DNA of 64,000 nt. Origin: Elusimicrobiota bacterium (GTDB lineage: Bacteria > Elusimicrobiota > Elusimicrobia > UBA1565 > JACRDR01). Within the stretch, counting starts at the first letter, position 1; each line of letters begins with the position of its first letter. The stretch spans positions 192,822 to 256,821 of the forward strand of contig JACQBA010000013.1 in the NCBI GenBank assembly GCA_016194745.1. Reading direction: 5' to 3'. The translations under genes were made by a program, and so were the position numbers. Shown here piece after piece: positions 12,001 to 27,000 of the stretch. The notes beneath the pieces were generated by a model. The model saw only the letters and a program-made list of their open reading frames with translations, was not told the origin of the DNA and searched no databases.

Positions 12001-15000
12001 TTCGTCGCTTCAAACCCCGTCTCGGGCGCGCCCTCGGGGAGGTCGGCCAGCCGCAGCGCGTGTCCGCGACGCTGCACGACGCCGAGCCTCGCGCGGGCGG
12101 TCGCGAGCTCCGCGAGCATCATGCCCGAGCGCTGGGCCAGCACGCGGTCCCCCTCGTCCTCCCGCTCCAAATGGCTGATGGTCTCCGATTTGGCGTCACC
12201 GCGCAGGTATTCCACGATGGGCGTAGCCCGCTCATTCAAGGCGGCGAGGATGGAGTAGCGTCCCGCCAGATACTCAATCGCGTCGAACGCGGACATGGGG
12301 TTCGACTCGAGGACGTCGATCAGCCGGTTCACGGCGTCGTTGAACGCCCGGTCGTCCGCTAGCACGCGGCCCGCGCCCACGAGGAAGGCGCCAACGTCCC
12401 TCCGTTCGAGCTCGGACCAGCTGCGCATCGCCTCGGCCAATCGCGCTTCGACGGCCGACGACAACCGCGACAGCGTCGCTCCGTCCGCGAACGGCAGCGC
12501 CCAAGCCAGACGTCCCCAGCGCGCCGCCGGCCAGTCCATCGACAGCAGGTTCGTGGCGAGCCGGACCTTTTCATCGGACCTCAAGCCGGCGGTGATCGCG
12601 ACGCCGAGAATCTCCCGCGTCACCGCATCCATGGAAGCGTCGCGGATATGGGACGTCGGGTCGGCAAGGTCGCGGGTTAGCCATTGATGAGAGTCCTGCC
12701 GCTTGTATGCCGCGCGCAGACGCCCAGGCTGATCGCGCACGACCATCAGCTCCTCGAGCCTCGTCATCCCGGGCAGCGGATCGGCACCCGACGCCGTAAG
12801 CTCGAAGAGAGAGCGCGCCGTCTCCCGCTGTGCGACCCAGAAATGCGTCTCGACGAGCCATCGTCCGCCGCCGAGCCGGCGGAATTGATAGGGCCGATGC
12901 TGCTCGACGGCCGCGCGATGCGCCAACCCCGGGACCGGCTGTGCGCCGCCGCCCCGGACCTCGTACAATTCGAAGTGCAGATCGTGCTCTTGGACCGAGA
13001 CGAATATCCTGCTGCCGATCATCCGGACTTCGCCCACGCGCTTTTTGCCCTCGATGCCTGCGATCGGGATCACCCGTCCTTCGTCCAGGACGGCCAGGGT
13101 CTCCCGCTCATCGCCGATCTTGCGCGATTCGCGGTCCTTGACGACGACGAACGTGCGTCCGTTGAGCTCTACCGGATGGTGCACGCCCATCCCCGCCCCC
13201 GCCTCGATCGTCCGCGCCCCATCGCCGCGCAACTCCATCTCCACATAGTTGCCGCCGCGATTGACCATCGCGATGGCGCGGTCTCCGACGAATTCCAGCA
13301 TCACGATCCTATCCGCGTCGACGCCAGGCAGCTGCACCGGCCGGTTGGCTCCGTCGCCGATCCGTTGGATCTGTCCGCGCTCCTCCTCCGAACCGAGGTG
13401 GGCGACCAGGCGATCGCCGATGAAGCCGAAGGAGTAGATGATGTGGTTGTGGGTGACCAACCGTTCGGCGCGATTTCCCTTGAGTTCGTAGAGGCTCTCG
13501 ATCAACGTGTCATGGCCGTACGTGGGCCTCTGTTCCGTCGCCTTAACGAACAACCGGCCTTGTATCTCCACGACGTCGTCGAAGTGCTCCTTGTCCCTTA
13601 GGCCCTCGATCGGCTCGGCCTTGCCGCCGCGGATCTCGTAGAGCGTCACCGGCCGCCGCCAATCCACGTTCTTATCGATCACCCAGACGAACGTACGGCC
13701 TCCTGCTTCCGTGACCGATCCCACTGCGTCCCTGTCTTGGAGTCCTTCCACCGGCACGACGCCGTCCGGCCCGCCGCGCAACAGCGAGAACTTTTCGCCG
13801 TCCTTCGTGACGATGTACTCACCCTCCGGGCGGAAAGGCGTCTTTCTTCCGGGCATCTCGAACGGGACTCCAAGGAGCGCGTCCGACGGGACCCGCTGCT
13901 CCATCATCGCCAGCACCGAGCGGACGCGCTCGAGACGTCGGGCGATGGTATCGCGGTCCACGCCGGCGACGAGCCCGTCGACGACCGCGGGATGGAGCTG
14001 ATCGGCCGACTCCCGGAGCTCCGCCCGTTGGAGGAGGTCCCTCGCCGGCGCTTCGTGGTCGAGCCGCACGCCCCGCGTCGCTCGTACGTCCGGCGCGTGC
14101 TCGCGGTGCAGGCCCGGCTCGGCCTCGATCGGCGGCTTCACCCCGTAGCCGCTCCACTTCCGGACCATGATCATCACCGCCAGCATCACGGGTGCGTGCC
14201 CCGGGAGAGCCTGCGCCTGATAGTGGTCGAGCAGCTCCTTGCTGAAGAGGATCATTTCGTCGCCAATCCAGGCGATCGGCCGCTCCATCCTGACCGACCA
14301 CATGCTCTTGCCCGAGCCCGGCACCGGGACGCCGCCCAGCGTCGCTGGATCGAAGTCCCAGAGCCGAGGATCGAGCGGTATCGGCCGGCGACCCCCGAGC
14401 GCTTCGGTGCTCCAGCCGAGTTCCTCGGCCACCGCCGGCACCGCGACATGGTCTTCGCCGAAGCGGCGGACGATCTGGGATACGCGCTCCCGAAGGTTGA
14501 GCAACAGGTTGTCGCCCGAAGTCGTCCCTTTCACGCGGCTAGCCTTGTGAAGCTCGTGGAGCGCGGCGGCGAGCCCATTGACGACGGGCGCCATCTCTTG
14601 CGGGTTGCGCTCGAACGCGACCGAAACCTCCCGGATCGCCCTCTTCATCGACGCCAGAGTCGGCGCGTCCAAGATGAGCTGCGTTCGCGACGGCTTGAGT
14701 GAAATCCAGCCGGGCAGACTGACGACGATCTCGGGCGCGACGTTGACGCCCTTGACCTCGATCGACTCGACGACGGCGCCTCCCGCGGTGATCAGCACTC
14801 TGCCCCGCTGGGCCGGCGCGTCCGCCCCGCGGTAGTAGACCGACTCCGTCCTCGGCAGTTCCTCGCGGGCGACCCGGAGCTCAAGCTCCGCGGCCGAGGG
14901 CTTCGTCGACAAACCGGGCACCGGGAGCGTCTCCATCGCCACGGTCGCCTTCATCCCTTCGCCGGTGTCGATGACGCGGATCTCCCGCCCTCCGTCCAAG

Positions 15001-18000
15001 ATCATCACCCGTATCGGTTCGGCGATCCGATAGCCGGCCTCGCTCCCGTCGAGGGACTTGTAGCCGTCGAGCCGGTTGATCGGGCGCTCCGTCCCGTCGG
15101 CCAGAACCTCGACGACCCGGCCGCGCGACGTCGGCCCGAGGCGGTCCGCCAAGAACTCGCGCAGCGCCGCCTCGTCCACAGGGCGGCTCGATCGGAACGA
15201 CCACTCGGTGCCGGGCTCCCGCAACGGCTCCGACGGCGCCAGGCGCAGGTAGAGGTCCCCCGAGGACGCTCGCTCGAAGTCGAGGGCGTAGCCCTTTCCG
15301 GGCTCCGCGCGCGGCGTGCTGCGGTACGATAACTGGTCGCCCGCGTTCACGAGCCGGCCGAGCGCCATGAACGCGCCGACTCCGAAGCGCCCGTTCGGGT
15401 CGCCGAGCGCGTCGAAGCCGTTGCTGATCGCCTCCAGAATGAACTGGTGCGGGTCGCCGGAAGTGCGGTGGAGGTAGGCCTCCAATCGCTCCGGCTCGAA
15501 GAGGAATCCCTTCGCGACTCTTTCGGCGGCGATGTCCCGCAGGACATTGGCGACGTCCTCGCGCGATCTCTCCATCGCCGCGAGATAGCGGTCCCTGTAC
15601 GCGTTTCGCTCCGCCTCCGGAAGATCCTGCAGGTGCTTCATGAGCGCCACGTACAAGTCGAGCCGCATGCCAAGCTTGGGATCGACGAACGCGCGGAGCG
15701 CTCGCTCCCCGCTGAGCGGCTGCCTCGAGACCAGTCCTCCGAAAGCGCTATCCAAAAGCCCGCGGGCGCCGGAGATCGCCCTGCGCACCGAGCCGTTCCG
15801 CATTCCGTAGAACGCTCCGATCCCCAGGACTCCCAGCGTGATCAAGGTGCCCACGGTGCCGCCGCTCAGAACGTCGCTCGCGACGAGGCCCGTGGAGGCC
15901 CATCCCTTGGCGGCTCCTACGAACTGCGCTCCGAAGAGGGTGACGCCCACCACTCCCATCGGCAAGAGCATGCGGAGGACGCCGCGGCGGGCGCCGGCGT
16001 CGTTCCGCTCGGCCGCCGCAGGGCCCTGCCGAGCGAGCCGGTCGGCCTCGGGAAGCCGAGCCGTGGCTCCGGGCTCGGCCATCGTCCGATCCAGCAGCGT
16101 TCTGTCCCTCCGAGGCAGCGCCAAGAGCGATTCGGTTTCGAGCCAATGGCGCACACCGTCGGCCTCTCGAGACGAGCCGCGCCGGAACGACCCTCCCTCC
16201 TTGATGCCGGCTGTTTCCGGAACGAGCCGGAACACGGTGTCCCTCAGGTCCGCGCCCATCCGGAAGAGCTGATCCGCCACCTGCGCGAGGAAGCGGCCCG
16301 GCAGCTCGTAGTGACCGGAGTGGTTGTCCAGGTTGACGATCTTTCCGTTCCTGACCTCCATATTGCCCGCGAAGGCGACTTCGCCGCCTCGGACCACCCA
16401 AGGATGGTCCCGATCTTCGGAATGCGGCACGGCAAAAATCTCGACGGCGCCGCTGTTCTCATTGAGCCTCATCAGCAGCAGGTACTTGCCGTCGAGCAGC
16501 CGACCGTCGACGATCGGGCGTCCCTTGTCGATGTCCACCCGGTACTTCACCGGATTCTCCCGGATGTGGGTATCGGTGGAGAATCGGTTCTTGACCGGCC
16601 GAAGCTCGAGGGGCGGCGTGGTGCGGAGGACCGTGACCGGCCTCCGTTCCTGGGGAGCGGACTGCGCCGCCCGCCATGCCTCGGCGTAGAAGGGGCGTAA
16701 GGAGGCATGCAGGCGCGTCGAGTAATCAGATCCAAGCCGGTTCGCGCGGATCAGTTCGCGGATGTCCCGCAGGTCCTTTTCCCGGTCCTGTTGGAGTCCG
16801 GACGCCAGTTTCAGCTCGATCATCTCGCGCAGCTTGAGCACCCGGACCCCGCCGATTTCCTGCGACGCCGAGACCGGTTCGGGGAACGCGAGGTCCTTCG
16901 AGACGCCCTTGAACGGAAGCTCGCCGGTCACGATGAAGTCGATGTTTACGCCGTGCTGCGCGTCGCGGAGCCGCTTGATGCTGTCGCTCCGGTGCGTGTA
17001 CCCGAGGTTCGCCAGCGCTTCATGAGCCCGCGCCAGATCCTCCTTTTTAACAAGCACGTCGATGTCCGGAGTCGAGCGCGGGAATCCGTGCGCGGAAAGC
17101 GCCAAACCACCCGCTAGGGCGTATGGGATCCCCGCTCGATTGAGGCGCTCCACGAGCGCGTGCAGGGCGGCGTGCACCGGGATGTTCTCCGAGAAGGGAG
17201 ACCGTCGCGCCGCGGAGATCGCAAGCGGCGCAAGCGGCTGGCTCGCAGGCCGCACCGTGAGAACGACGCCGATGGCCACGGTCGCAGCCGTCAAGATCCT
17301 TCCCATGCCTTGGCCGACGGCGTCGGCGGCGACCGACGCGTTGCCGATGTCGAAGGAAAGACCTAAGAATAGAGCCGACAGGGCGCCCGTCACGGCGAGG
17401 GCGGGGAGCCAAGACCGGCGGACCGGACCCGGGGCGCGGGGACCCGCCGAGGCCGGCGCTCCGCCTGTAAGCGCTCTCCAGAATCGCCGCGGCAGGCTCT
17501 TCGGAGCCTTGCGCAGGACGAAGAGATGGCCCTTGTCGGACCTGTCCGTCAGGTCCAAGACGATCTCGGGATGATTGGCCTTGAGATGATCCACCAGCGC
17601 GCTGATCTTGTCGCCCGAGTACGTGTTGAACCGGATCGTCCCTCCCGCCTCGGTGATGCGGATCATCTCATCGAGCGCTTTCGTCGCTTTCGCGGGCCCG
17701 TCGCGCAGCAGCCAGTACATCAGATTGGCGGCGACCACCTCGCGGAAGGACTCGTCCGCAACGTTGATGCGCGGGAGCCGGGCGACAATCCGACGCTCCG
17801 GCGGCAAGAGATTTCGCGCGAACGCCTCGACCGCGGGGATGGACCTTCGGGAGTTGACGCCCGACGAGCCTCCGGAGATCTTGATCAGGCCATGCTGATC
17901 GATATCCTCCGGCTTCAAGCCGTACCACCAATCGGCAGAATAGATATCGACTCCGTCTTCATGGAGCTTCCGCGCAAAGGTGGACGCGCCCTCTCCGATC

Positions 18001-21000
18001 GACAGAACCCGCCCTCCTTCCTTTATAAGCCGTGCCGGCGTGCGCTCGCCGTATCCCAACTGCGGCGCAACGCCGTGGTAGTCCCTGGAAGTGACTTGAG
18101 TGTCCGTTTCGGACCTGGCGAAGAACATCGCCAGCGACTTCTCTGTCCACGGTTCACGGAACATCAAGGACTCATCCGAGGCCGCTCTCGTCAGGTCGGC
18201 CGGCAAGGGAGATCTTCGCCCGCTTCGTTCCATGAGCGCGCGGACCCGGTTCAATACGCCCAAGCCCACGATCGCCCCGGCTAGAGTCAGGCTTCCCAGG
18301 TTTCCGGTCATGCCGTCGAATACGATCATCGTCGTGCTCGCCCAACCGCTGTCGACCGCGAACTGCGCGCCCAGTAGCGTCGCGGCCGCGACGGCCAGCG
18401 GCTTGAGCATCTTCGGACCGCCGCCTCCGGGCGTCTTGCCGCCGTCGAGAACGGACAAGGTGATGGAGCCGGGCTGCGGCCGCCGGCCGGAGCCGGAGGG
18501 ATCGGGGACCTCCGGATTGTGCTTCCAATAGCGCTCCACCGCGGCTTCGACGGCGGCGGCCGCCTCGATGAACGCGCTGGACAGGATCGTCGTGGAGCGG
18601 CCCTCCCGATCCACGACGCGGGCGTCCGTGGCCTCGCGGATGTCGCTCAGCCATCGTCTGAAGGAGTCACCCCGACTGACCGTACCCACCCTCAGGAGCA
18701 TCTCCCGCACCGTGCGCCAGTCCCCTGTCTGCCGGAAGTCCGCCACCATGAGGGAGGCGGCGACGTCTTGATGGTCCGACAGGATCGTCCGCAGGCTATT
18801 TGAGCTATTACGTCCGGAGCCTTCAGCTACGAGGCCGACGTGCTGCTGCAGCTCGGTCCAAGCCTTAAGATTCGCATCAAGCTCGTCGACCACTTTCGGG
18901 CGCCCGCTCATCTCGGTCTTCACGTCGGCGAGCGACCGACTCGTCGCCAACAGACGCAACCCCAGGCTCCACGCCATCGGGCGGTCGTCCTTCTCCACCA
19001 TGACGTTGATATAGTGCGCCATGGCCTTCAGATGGGGGTTGGACGTCTGCTCGTTGTACGCCACCGCGGTCAAGGCGAACGCCGCGAACTCCCGCCGGTC
19101 GCGGTCCTTGGCGGAGGAGGCATCGGCCAGCGCGTCGCGACCCATGTTCACGAACGAGCGCAGATCGAGCCTGCCCCCGCGATAGGCGGTCAAGAGATGC
19201 GACAGAAGGGCCTGCACCTCCGGATTCCCGCTGTCGCGTCCGATATCGCGCCACGTTGCGAGCTCCTTAACAAGGTAAGGAGTCGGGTATTCGTTGCCCG
19301 TCTCGCCGCGCAGGTCATAGCCCCGAAGATCGACGGGCTCGGGATCGCGCTCGCGCGTCGGCACGACCGTCAGCTTCGCGGGACCCTTCGGCGCTTCCGG
19401 CCGCCGGGACTCCGCCGCCTTGGGATCCCCTCCGACGACGCTAAATAGCGCCTTCTTGCCGGCGAGCTTGAGCCCGATCGCCTCCTCCGTCACGCGCGAC
19501 CACTCCGAGACGGACCGGGTGATCTCGCGGCCCGCGATCTCCTGCTGCAGCTTCGACATGTCCTTCAAGAGCTCGAACGCCCGAGCGTGGCGGTTGGACA
19601 TCATGGCGACGTGCCGCAGGTTCCGGGAGACGGGGTGGTCGTTCCCGATGTACTTGATTAGACTCGCTCGCGCCTCGGCGTCAGTCATGGCGCGCGCCAG
19701 CACGATGGCGGAGAAGCGCATCGCGACTTCGATGGACTCGGGATGTTCGCCCTTCGGGAAGTGATCCAGCTGCCGGCGCAACTGGTCTCCCAGCGTGTCC
19801 TTGCGGCGATCGGCCAAGTCTATCATGCGCATGAGAATGTCCAGATGCAGTCCGATTTGGTGTGCGAGAGCGCCGCGGTCGATGATCCCGCGCAGGGTCC
19901 GCTGCAGCGGGTTCCTGTCGTTCGCGGGATGGAACTTGGCGAAGAACGCGCCCTGGATGCTGTGCTCGCGGTCCTGGTAGCGCTGCCGATGGGTCGCGTT
20001 CGCCGCGCCGGTCTCGGGCTCCACGGCCGCCCACGCTTCGTGGAAGAACGCCTCCGCGAGCTCGAGGTGAGGATCGCGTGCCGTCTTGACCGCCGCGAAG
20101 ATATCCCGCGCCAGGCGAACTTCCGCCCTCCTTTCGCGGGTGCCGGTCGAACCGTACCCGAGGACGTAGTCCTCCAAATCGTGGATGGGAGCGTCGAACA
20201 CGCCCAGCTGGAACCTCTCGGGGCCGTCCTTGAGCTTCCACGACTCGGGTACGCGGTCGCCGCGTCCGATCGAGCGCGCGATGGCGCCGACGAGGCCCTG
20301 CACGAAATCCTTGTTCACGCCGTCGTACGTTTCCGCGCCGCGCAGAAGGTAACGGTCGAAGGCCCCCTGCAGCGCCTCCATGTGTGGGCCGCGGTCCGGG
20401 ATCGCCGCGGCGTTGATCTCGCCGGCGCGGACCGATCTCAACGAACTCTCGCCCTTTCCGATGAAGCTCTGTTCGCCCGATCGTGGAGCGAAGGGATCCG
20501 AGAGATTGGGGATGATCCCACCGCGGCTCCAGGGGCCCGTGGAGATCGGCCGTCGCTGGAGAATGACGATTTGCAGCTCTCCATTCGGCAGCTGGCGGAC
20601 GCCGGGCTCGATGTCGAGTGGGTAGCCGTAATAATCCTCCAACGCTCGCGCGATCTCGACCGCCTTGCGCACGGCTTCGTGAGGCCAAGAACGGATGAGT
20701 CGCTGAGCTCTCGGAAGCAGTTCGGTCACGGTGCCGGACATGAGGCTCGGCTTCGTAAAGTGAGTCTTCTCCGGAATGGTCAGGCCGATCTCCCGACCGC
20801 CCCTGTCGTAGGACCATACGTATCGATCGGAAGCCCCCGTCGTACCGCCGACGCCCGCCCCTATGCCGAAGTTTCCTTCCAGCACCGCCACGCGACGGCC
20901 GGTGGTCGGATCGACCGTGAACAGCACACCCGAACTTCGCAAGTCCATGGCCTGCTGTAAGATGACGGCAGGGTCCAGGTCGATGCCCGGACGCCCGTCG

Positions 21001-24000
21001 CGGCCCACGTTGGAGAACCAAGTGCGGCGGTATAGGACACTGGATTCGGTCCAGAATGATGCATAGACGTCGGCGACCTTATCCAGCACCTCGTGGTACG
21101 AGTGGAATACGAACGACTCCGCGATGCCGGCTCCCGAGGCGGCATGAGAGTCCTCGGTACCGGCCGAACGAATCGCCCACGTGATCGTCTTGGCCTCCTC
21201 ACCGAACTCCGCGACGAGGCGCTTCAAGATGCGCGCGCCCAATGGGGTGTCCTTGTTGAGCGCCTTAAGACGGATATCGCCGATCAGCTTCTCCATCTCT
21301 TTCAGGAGACTCTGGAACCTAGCCCGCTCTGCGTCGGCTCCGTTCTCGAATTCTCGGCTGCGGATGATCGCGTCCATCTCGCGGACGACACGTTCATAGC
21401 GCTCCTTGGCGCCGGCCGCCTCGATAGCCATTCTCCAGACCCGCCCCGAAAGCCCTACGCCGTCCGGGACGAATCCGTCCAGGGCCTCCACGATCTTTCG
21501 AGTCTCCCGGCCCAGAGATACTGTCTTGGCGCCGAACTCAGCCTCGTGCTCCGGCCCGAGTTCGCTGAGCCGGAGCGCGATGTTGACCTCCGCCACCCGG
21601 GCATCCCGCCGTTCGACGAGAGTCTTTTCGGAGCGCTGCAGATCGGCGAGCGCCTCGACGCGATCCATGGCCCGAGATATCCAACGGGCGACGGCGTCCG
21701 GGAACGAGGCCGAACTCTCGCGCTGCGCCCTGGCACTGCGGACATGCACGGCCTCGATCGGATTCGTCACGCCGCCCAAGCCGTCTCCGGCAAAGTCGGC
21801 AGCGTAGAAAGTCTTTCGTAGCGCGGAGGGGTACAGATCCATCATCGAATCCATGGTCGCGCGTTCGACGGCGAGCACGATGTCCGCCGCTCTGACCTCC
21901 TCGGGCGCCGCCTCCCTGACGGATCGGACCATGACGCGGATTCCGGCCTGCTGATATTGAGCGCGCCCGACGCGGTCAACGTGCTCCGCCACGGCGCGGG
22001 AACAGGCCGCACCCTCGCACAAGAACAGAACGTTGACGCGCTCGGTCTTGGAGAGCCAGTTCGGCACGAGGCGATACAGGATTCGGCTGACGAGCGGAAG
22101 AACACTCTCATCGCCGCGCTCGGCCGCCTCACGCATTAGGGCACGCTGGGACACGGCTTGCTTCAGCCAGGCGTCCCGATCCAAGGCGCGCATCGCTTCG
22201 GCGAATTGGAATCGCCTTTCCACATCCGCCGCGTGCTTGTCGATCGTCTCCCGATCCAGACCGAATGCGGAAGCCAATTGGCGAAGACCCTCGATCCGGC
22301 GCCGTTTGCTCAAAAGAAGATCCGCCTCGTCGCGGCCTGACTGGCTCAGTTCGAGGCGCGCGGTCGCACGCTCCGCCTCGATCAACGCCGCCGCGAAGTC
22401 TTTCGCGTGATCGCGGACCGCCGCGATGCTCGCGATCTCCGCGAAGATGCGAGCGCGCACGTCCGCGGTCAGGCTCTCGTCCAGCAACGCTTGCCTCAGG
22501 GCGAACTCGACGACGGTCCTCCCCTTCACACCGGTCGGATCACCCGCCGCCTCCCGCGTGATCATCTCCGCCAGGACGTTGACGAGCTTGGAGGCCTCGG
22601 GGCCGAGCGCCGCGATGTTGGATAGAGTCCTGCGGATCGACTCGATCGCCGGAGTGACCTTGACCACGAAGCCGTTCGGATCGACCATGACCACGTCGCC
22701 CTCGCGGATGATGACGAACTCACGCTCCATGGACCTCACGTGCAAGTCTCCGGCCTTTCTGGCCTCGCCGACGCGATAGATCGGAGCCCGCAGGATCGGT
22801 CGACCCTGGGAGTCAAGTTCCAAGCTGGCTCCGCGCAGCCCGACTGCGGGGGCCTTCCGCTCTCGAATGAGATTGTCGCCATGCGTCAATTGGCCGACGC
22901 TCGTGAAGACGAAGCCCTTTGCGACTCCCACGTGCGTATCCGAGGCGCTCACCGGATTGAGAGCGACGAGGATGCCCCCGCTGTTCTTGCTCCAAGGCGA
23001 TTCGGCGAAGAACACCGCACCAATCTCGGGCCTTCCGCGTCCAGGAGAGGCCGTCATACCGAGCAATTCGCCTTCGGAAGCGTGCGCCGGCAGTGCAGCG
23101 TTCAGCATCTCCCGCCAATGAGCGCTCTGTCCCCGGGTTACGGGATCCGGCGCCTTGATCACGAAGCCTACCTCCTCGAGGTAGCGGGACAGTTTCCTGA
23201 AACCCATCGGGCGCAGCCCGCCGTTGCGCCACTCGCGCGCCGTAGCGTAGGCGACCTTGCCGGTCTCATCGCGGAGCATCCAGATCTGCACGCCCCGCTC
23301 TGCGTCGCCTTCGCCGTGATGCCACTGCGCGACTTCGACCCGGAACCGGCCGATCTCACCTACGATCATGATCGGAAGTCGGGCGGCCTCCGCGACCGAA
23401 AGGATCGCCCCAGCCCTGACGAGAGCGCGGCTGCCGCTCGCCCGCGACAATCCGGTCCCTACGGCCTGCGCGATCCTTTCCGAGACTGAAACGGGGGACC
23501 GCTCGTACCGACCGCTCGAATCGACGACGTCTCCGCGGGCCACCGCCATGCGGATCTGGCGAGTGAACTGCTCGTCGATCACACGCTGACCGAAGGGTTG
23601 GTCTTCCGGGATGACCTTGAGGCCCAGCCGCGCCAGCTCGGCGTTCAGGGTCTTGAGGACGGCCCGGTCCCGCGACGCGTTCTTGCCGGGCAGACCGTCG
23701 TCCGCGCGGTGGCGAGCGCCTAGCTCGCGGCCCATCTCCTCCGGCGAGCGCCTGCGGCCGTCGGCCGTCTTGTCCACACGCCTCGCGTAGTCGCCCAACT
23801 CCAGCGTCGAGCCGATCGTTTTGAACAACGGAGCGATCGTTTCGTGGATCGTGAGCGAAGAGCTCGGGAAGTCCCGCTTGTTCCAAGTGACGGCAGCCGA
23901 TCGCTCGGTCGCCACCGCTTCCGGAAATCCGATCGAGCCGAGGGCAGACTCTAGGAACGACATCCGGAACTTCGGATCGTCTCCGCCCTGGCCTTCCGCG

Positions 24001-27000
24001 TAGTAAAGTTTGAACGATCCGGAACGCCTTTCCAGTCCGGGTATCTCGAGGTTCATCTCGACGACGAAGAAGCGATCGCCGCTATGGCCGAACGCCGACA
24101 CCGACCCTTGGGCATCCGGGTCGCTCAGGTAAATCTCGCCTTTGAAGCCTGATTCCAGGATGCCCCTGATGAAGCTGCTGCGGACGCCTCCGTCCGCAAC
24201 AAGCTTCCGTCCGGAAGGACCGATCACGTAGACCGTGGTGGGACCCGAGACCAATACCGCGTCCGCTCTCAGCTTGAAAAGTTCGACGCCCCGCTTGAGG
24301 TACTCCGCGGACGACGCACCCTCGAGTTTCTCACCGCTGGCCCGTTCGTAATGGACCGCGACCTCTTTCACGCTGCTCTCGCGCGTGTTCGTCATGGCGT
24401 TGATGGTGTGCTTCTGGAACATATATCCCAAGTTGAAACCGTCCCGTTCGTGGGAAGCGTTGCGCCTTTGGATCGACACCCTGGAAGCAGGCAGTTTCCC
24501 CGGCACGGCGCCCGGCACGGCGCGCGGCAGCCAATAGCCGTTCAGGATCCAGCCGTCGCGCTCGGGCCGGACGACCGCGGACCGGGTATCATGGGACGTG
24601 CCCGCGAGGCCCAGCAGGATCGGCAGTCGAATCTGCTCCTGCGTAAGGTCGAAAACCAGCTGGTCGAACGGCAGATTCTTGAGTTGGCCGTGCCGCTGCA
24701 CGAGACCGCGGAACTCGCGTGCGAAGACGTCGCGCACCAAACGCATCTTCCGTCGCATCATGCCGAAGTCGAAGGGAGCGAGCACCGGGTGGAGCGCGAA
24801 GCCGTGCGCGTAGCGGACCGCGCGCGCATATGCCTCGAGCGCCGCTTCGCGCAGCGCCGATGTCTGTAGCGGCGTGAGGTTGGCCGCCCGCGCGCGCGAT
24901 TCGATATCCAGGGTCGCTTCGAGCACCGCCTTGGCCATCTCCGTCCGGGCCTCGCCCAGTTCGTCCAGCGCCGCGACGCGCTCGACCATCTCCCGCGGGA
25001 TAGGCCGCCCCGAGGTCACGGCGAGGCGGACGTGCTCGCGGAGCAGGTGCTCGCCGAGCGTGAGCTTCGGACGGTCGAGCGTGTCCCGGAAGTACCGCAG
25101 CAGCGGCATCTCGGACGCGGGCCTTTCCGCATACTCCGCCAGGCTCTCGAGACCGCCGAAGGCGATGATCTGGTCGTGGTACGTCTTGAAGTCCTCGGCC
25201 GCGACCTCTCGCACGTGGATCCGGCCAAGGACCCCCTCCATGGTATGAAGCGCCTCGGAAACGTACTTCGCCCTCTTCTCCTCGAGGCTCACCCGCGGCG
25301 GCGCCAGGAGGCGAATCTCCTCGTCGGGCCGCACGAGGAACATGTCGCGGACGTACGTCTCGAGCGACACACCGTGGCCCCTCCGGGAGGCGGGGTCGTG
25401 AATCTTCCCCTCATAGGAGAAGACCACGTGGTAGCGCCAGCGCTCCATCGGCAGCTGCCCGGGCTGCTCCCTCGCGCCGCGCACCGAAAGGCCGAGCTCC
25501 GGATCCGTCCGGTGGAGGATGAGGACCTTGGCCTTCGAGGGATCGAATCCCGCAAGCCGCCCGTCCCGATGCAGCTGCTGGAGATGCTCCGTCAGGGCCA
25601 GGACGTTGCCGTGGCAGACCCCGACGCGGCAGACGTCTCGGCCGGTCTTGCTGAGCCACTGCCTCGCCTCCCGGAGGACCGCGCTCGCGCCTTCGAGCGG
25701 CCGCGGCGCGCGCGGCTTGCCGAAGCTTCCGATCGTCGCGATCGCGAGGATCGAGTCCGTGCCCGCGCGGACGAGCTCGCCCACCGCGGTCGGCGATCCG
25801 ATCTCCCCAGTCAACAGGAACCGGGTACCGATCAATGCCCCGACCACTCCGACGCCGAGCAGCGTCTTCGCCGCCGCCTTCGCGGAGATGCTGAAACCCG
25901 CTCGCTCAGGCGCCGCACTTGCGAGGAGCGTCGATGCCTTCTCGAGGGACGCACGCGCCGCGGCGGCCTCGGGAGTCTGCAGCGACAGCTCCGGCGTCTT
26001 GCTCAAGACCTCAAGGCGCCGCGCCAGCTCCTTGACGACGCCGGGCTCGATCGGCCGCGCAAGCCTGGCTGCCACGATGTCGGCGAACACAGTCGCGGCC
26101 GCGGCCCGAGTGATCGGCTCATTCGCCGCGGCGTTGAAGATCCTCTCGATGAGCGCAGAGTCCTCGGCCGAACCCGACAGGCGCCGCATCGCCTCAGGCA
26201 GCGCCAGGACGATCGCCCGGCGAATGCCCGGAAGATTGATCGGGTCCGTCGAGACGATCTCGGCGCGGCCCTTGGAGAACTCCTCGACGCTCCTAGCCAG
26301 GACGGCACGCAAGCCCTCCACCGAAAGACCCTCGATCACGCGGGGCATCCCGGCCGCCAGGCGTTCGATCCTCTCGCGCTCTTCATTTCCGAATGGCCGG
26401 GCGCTTCGCGTGGCCGTCCGGGCCTTCGGGTCGCCCGGGTCGATCCGATATTCGCCTCTAAGGAGGGCGTGGAGGACTTCTTCGTTGGACCCGCGCTGCT
26501 GGACCTGCTGATGCAGCCACTCCGCCGTGCCGATGCCGGGCGGGCGCCGGGCTCCGATCGCAGGCTCGATCACGAGCCGGCGGAGCATCTCGGCCAGATC
26601 GCTTCTCCCGCCGAGCGCCCGGCGGACCGCGGTGACGTCGCCGCCGGGAGACAGGGCCTCCCAGACGGCCCGCAGGAGGAACTCGTCGCGAAGGTACTTC
26701 GAGGCATTGTCGAACCGCGAGAAGACTTTTCGGGAGAGCGCGACCTCGAACCCGCCGTCCACGGCGCGGCCGTAGGCGAATAGGTAATCATGCTCCCCGT
26801 TGACGGTCAACTCGTCGAACAGCCGGATGCTGAGCTTGCGCTGGAATCTCTCGTCTACAAACTTCTCCTTCGTGAGGAAGAATCCCCTCAAGTAATCGCG
26901 GACCGCCTCGATCGCCTGCCGGGAGCCCTCTAGAGAGGCCATTCTTTCGGGATCCCCCAGAAGCTTGTCGAGCTTTCCGGCGAGCTTGATCACGAGCTGC

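Noticed and set aside
20859-20999. 'VLFTVDPTTGRRVAVLEGNFGIGAG' segment, which is reminiscent of PEP-utilising-enzyme/dikinase nucleotide-binding motifs
   Set aside because: The resemblance is too short and inexact (no GE..VV motif) to call a domain. It is mentioned only as a place to run HMMs.
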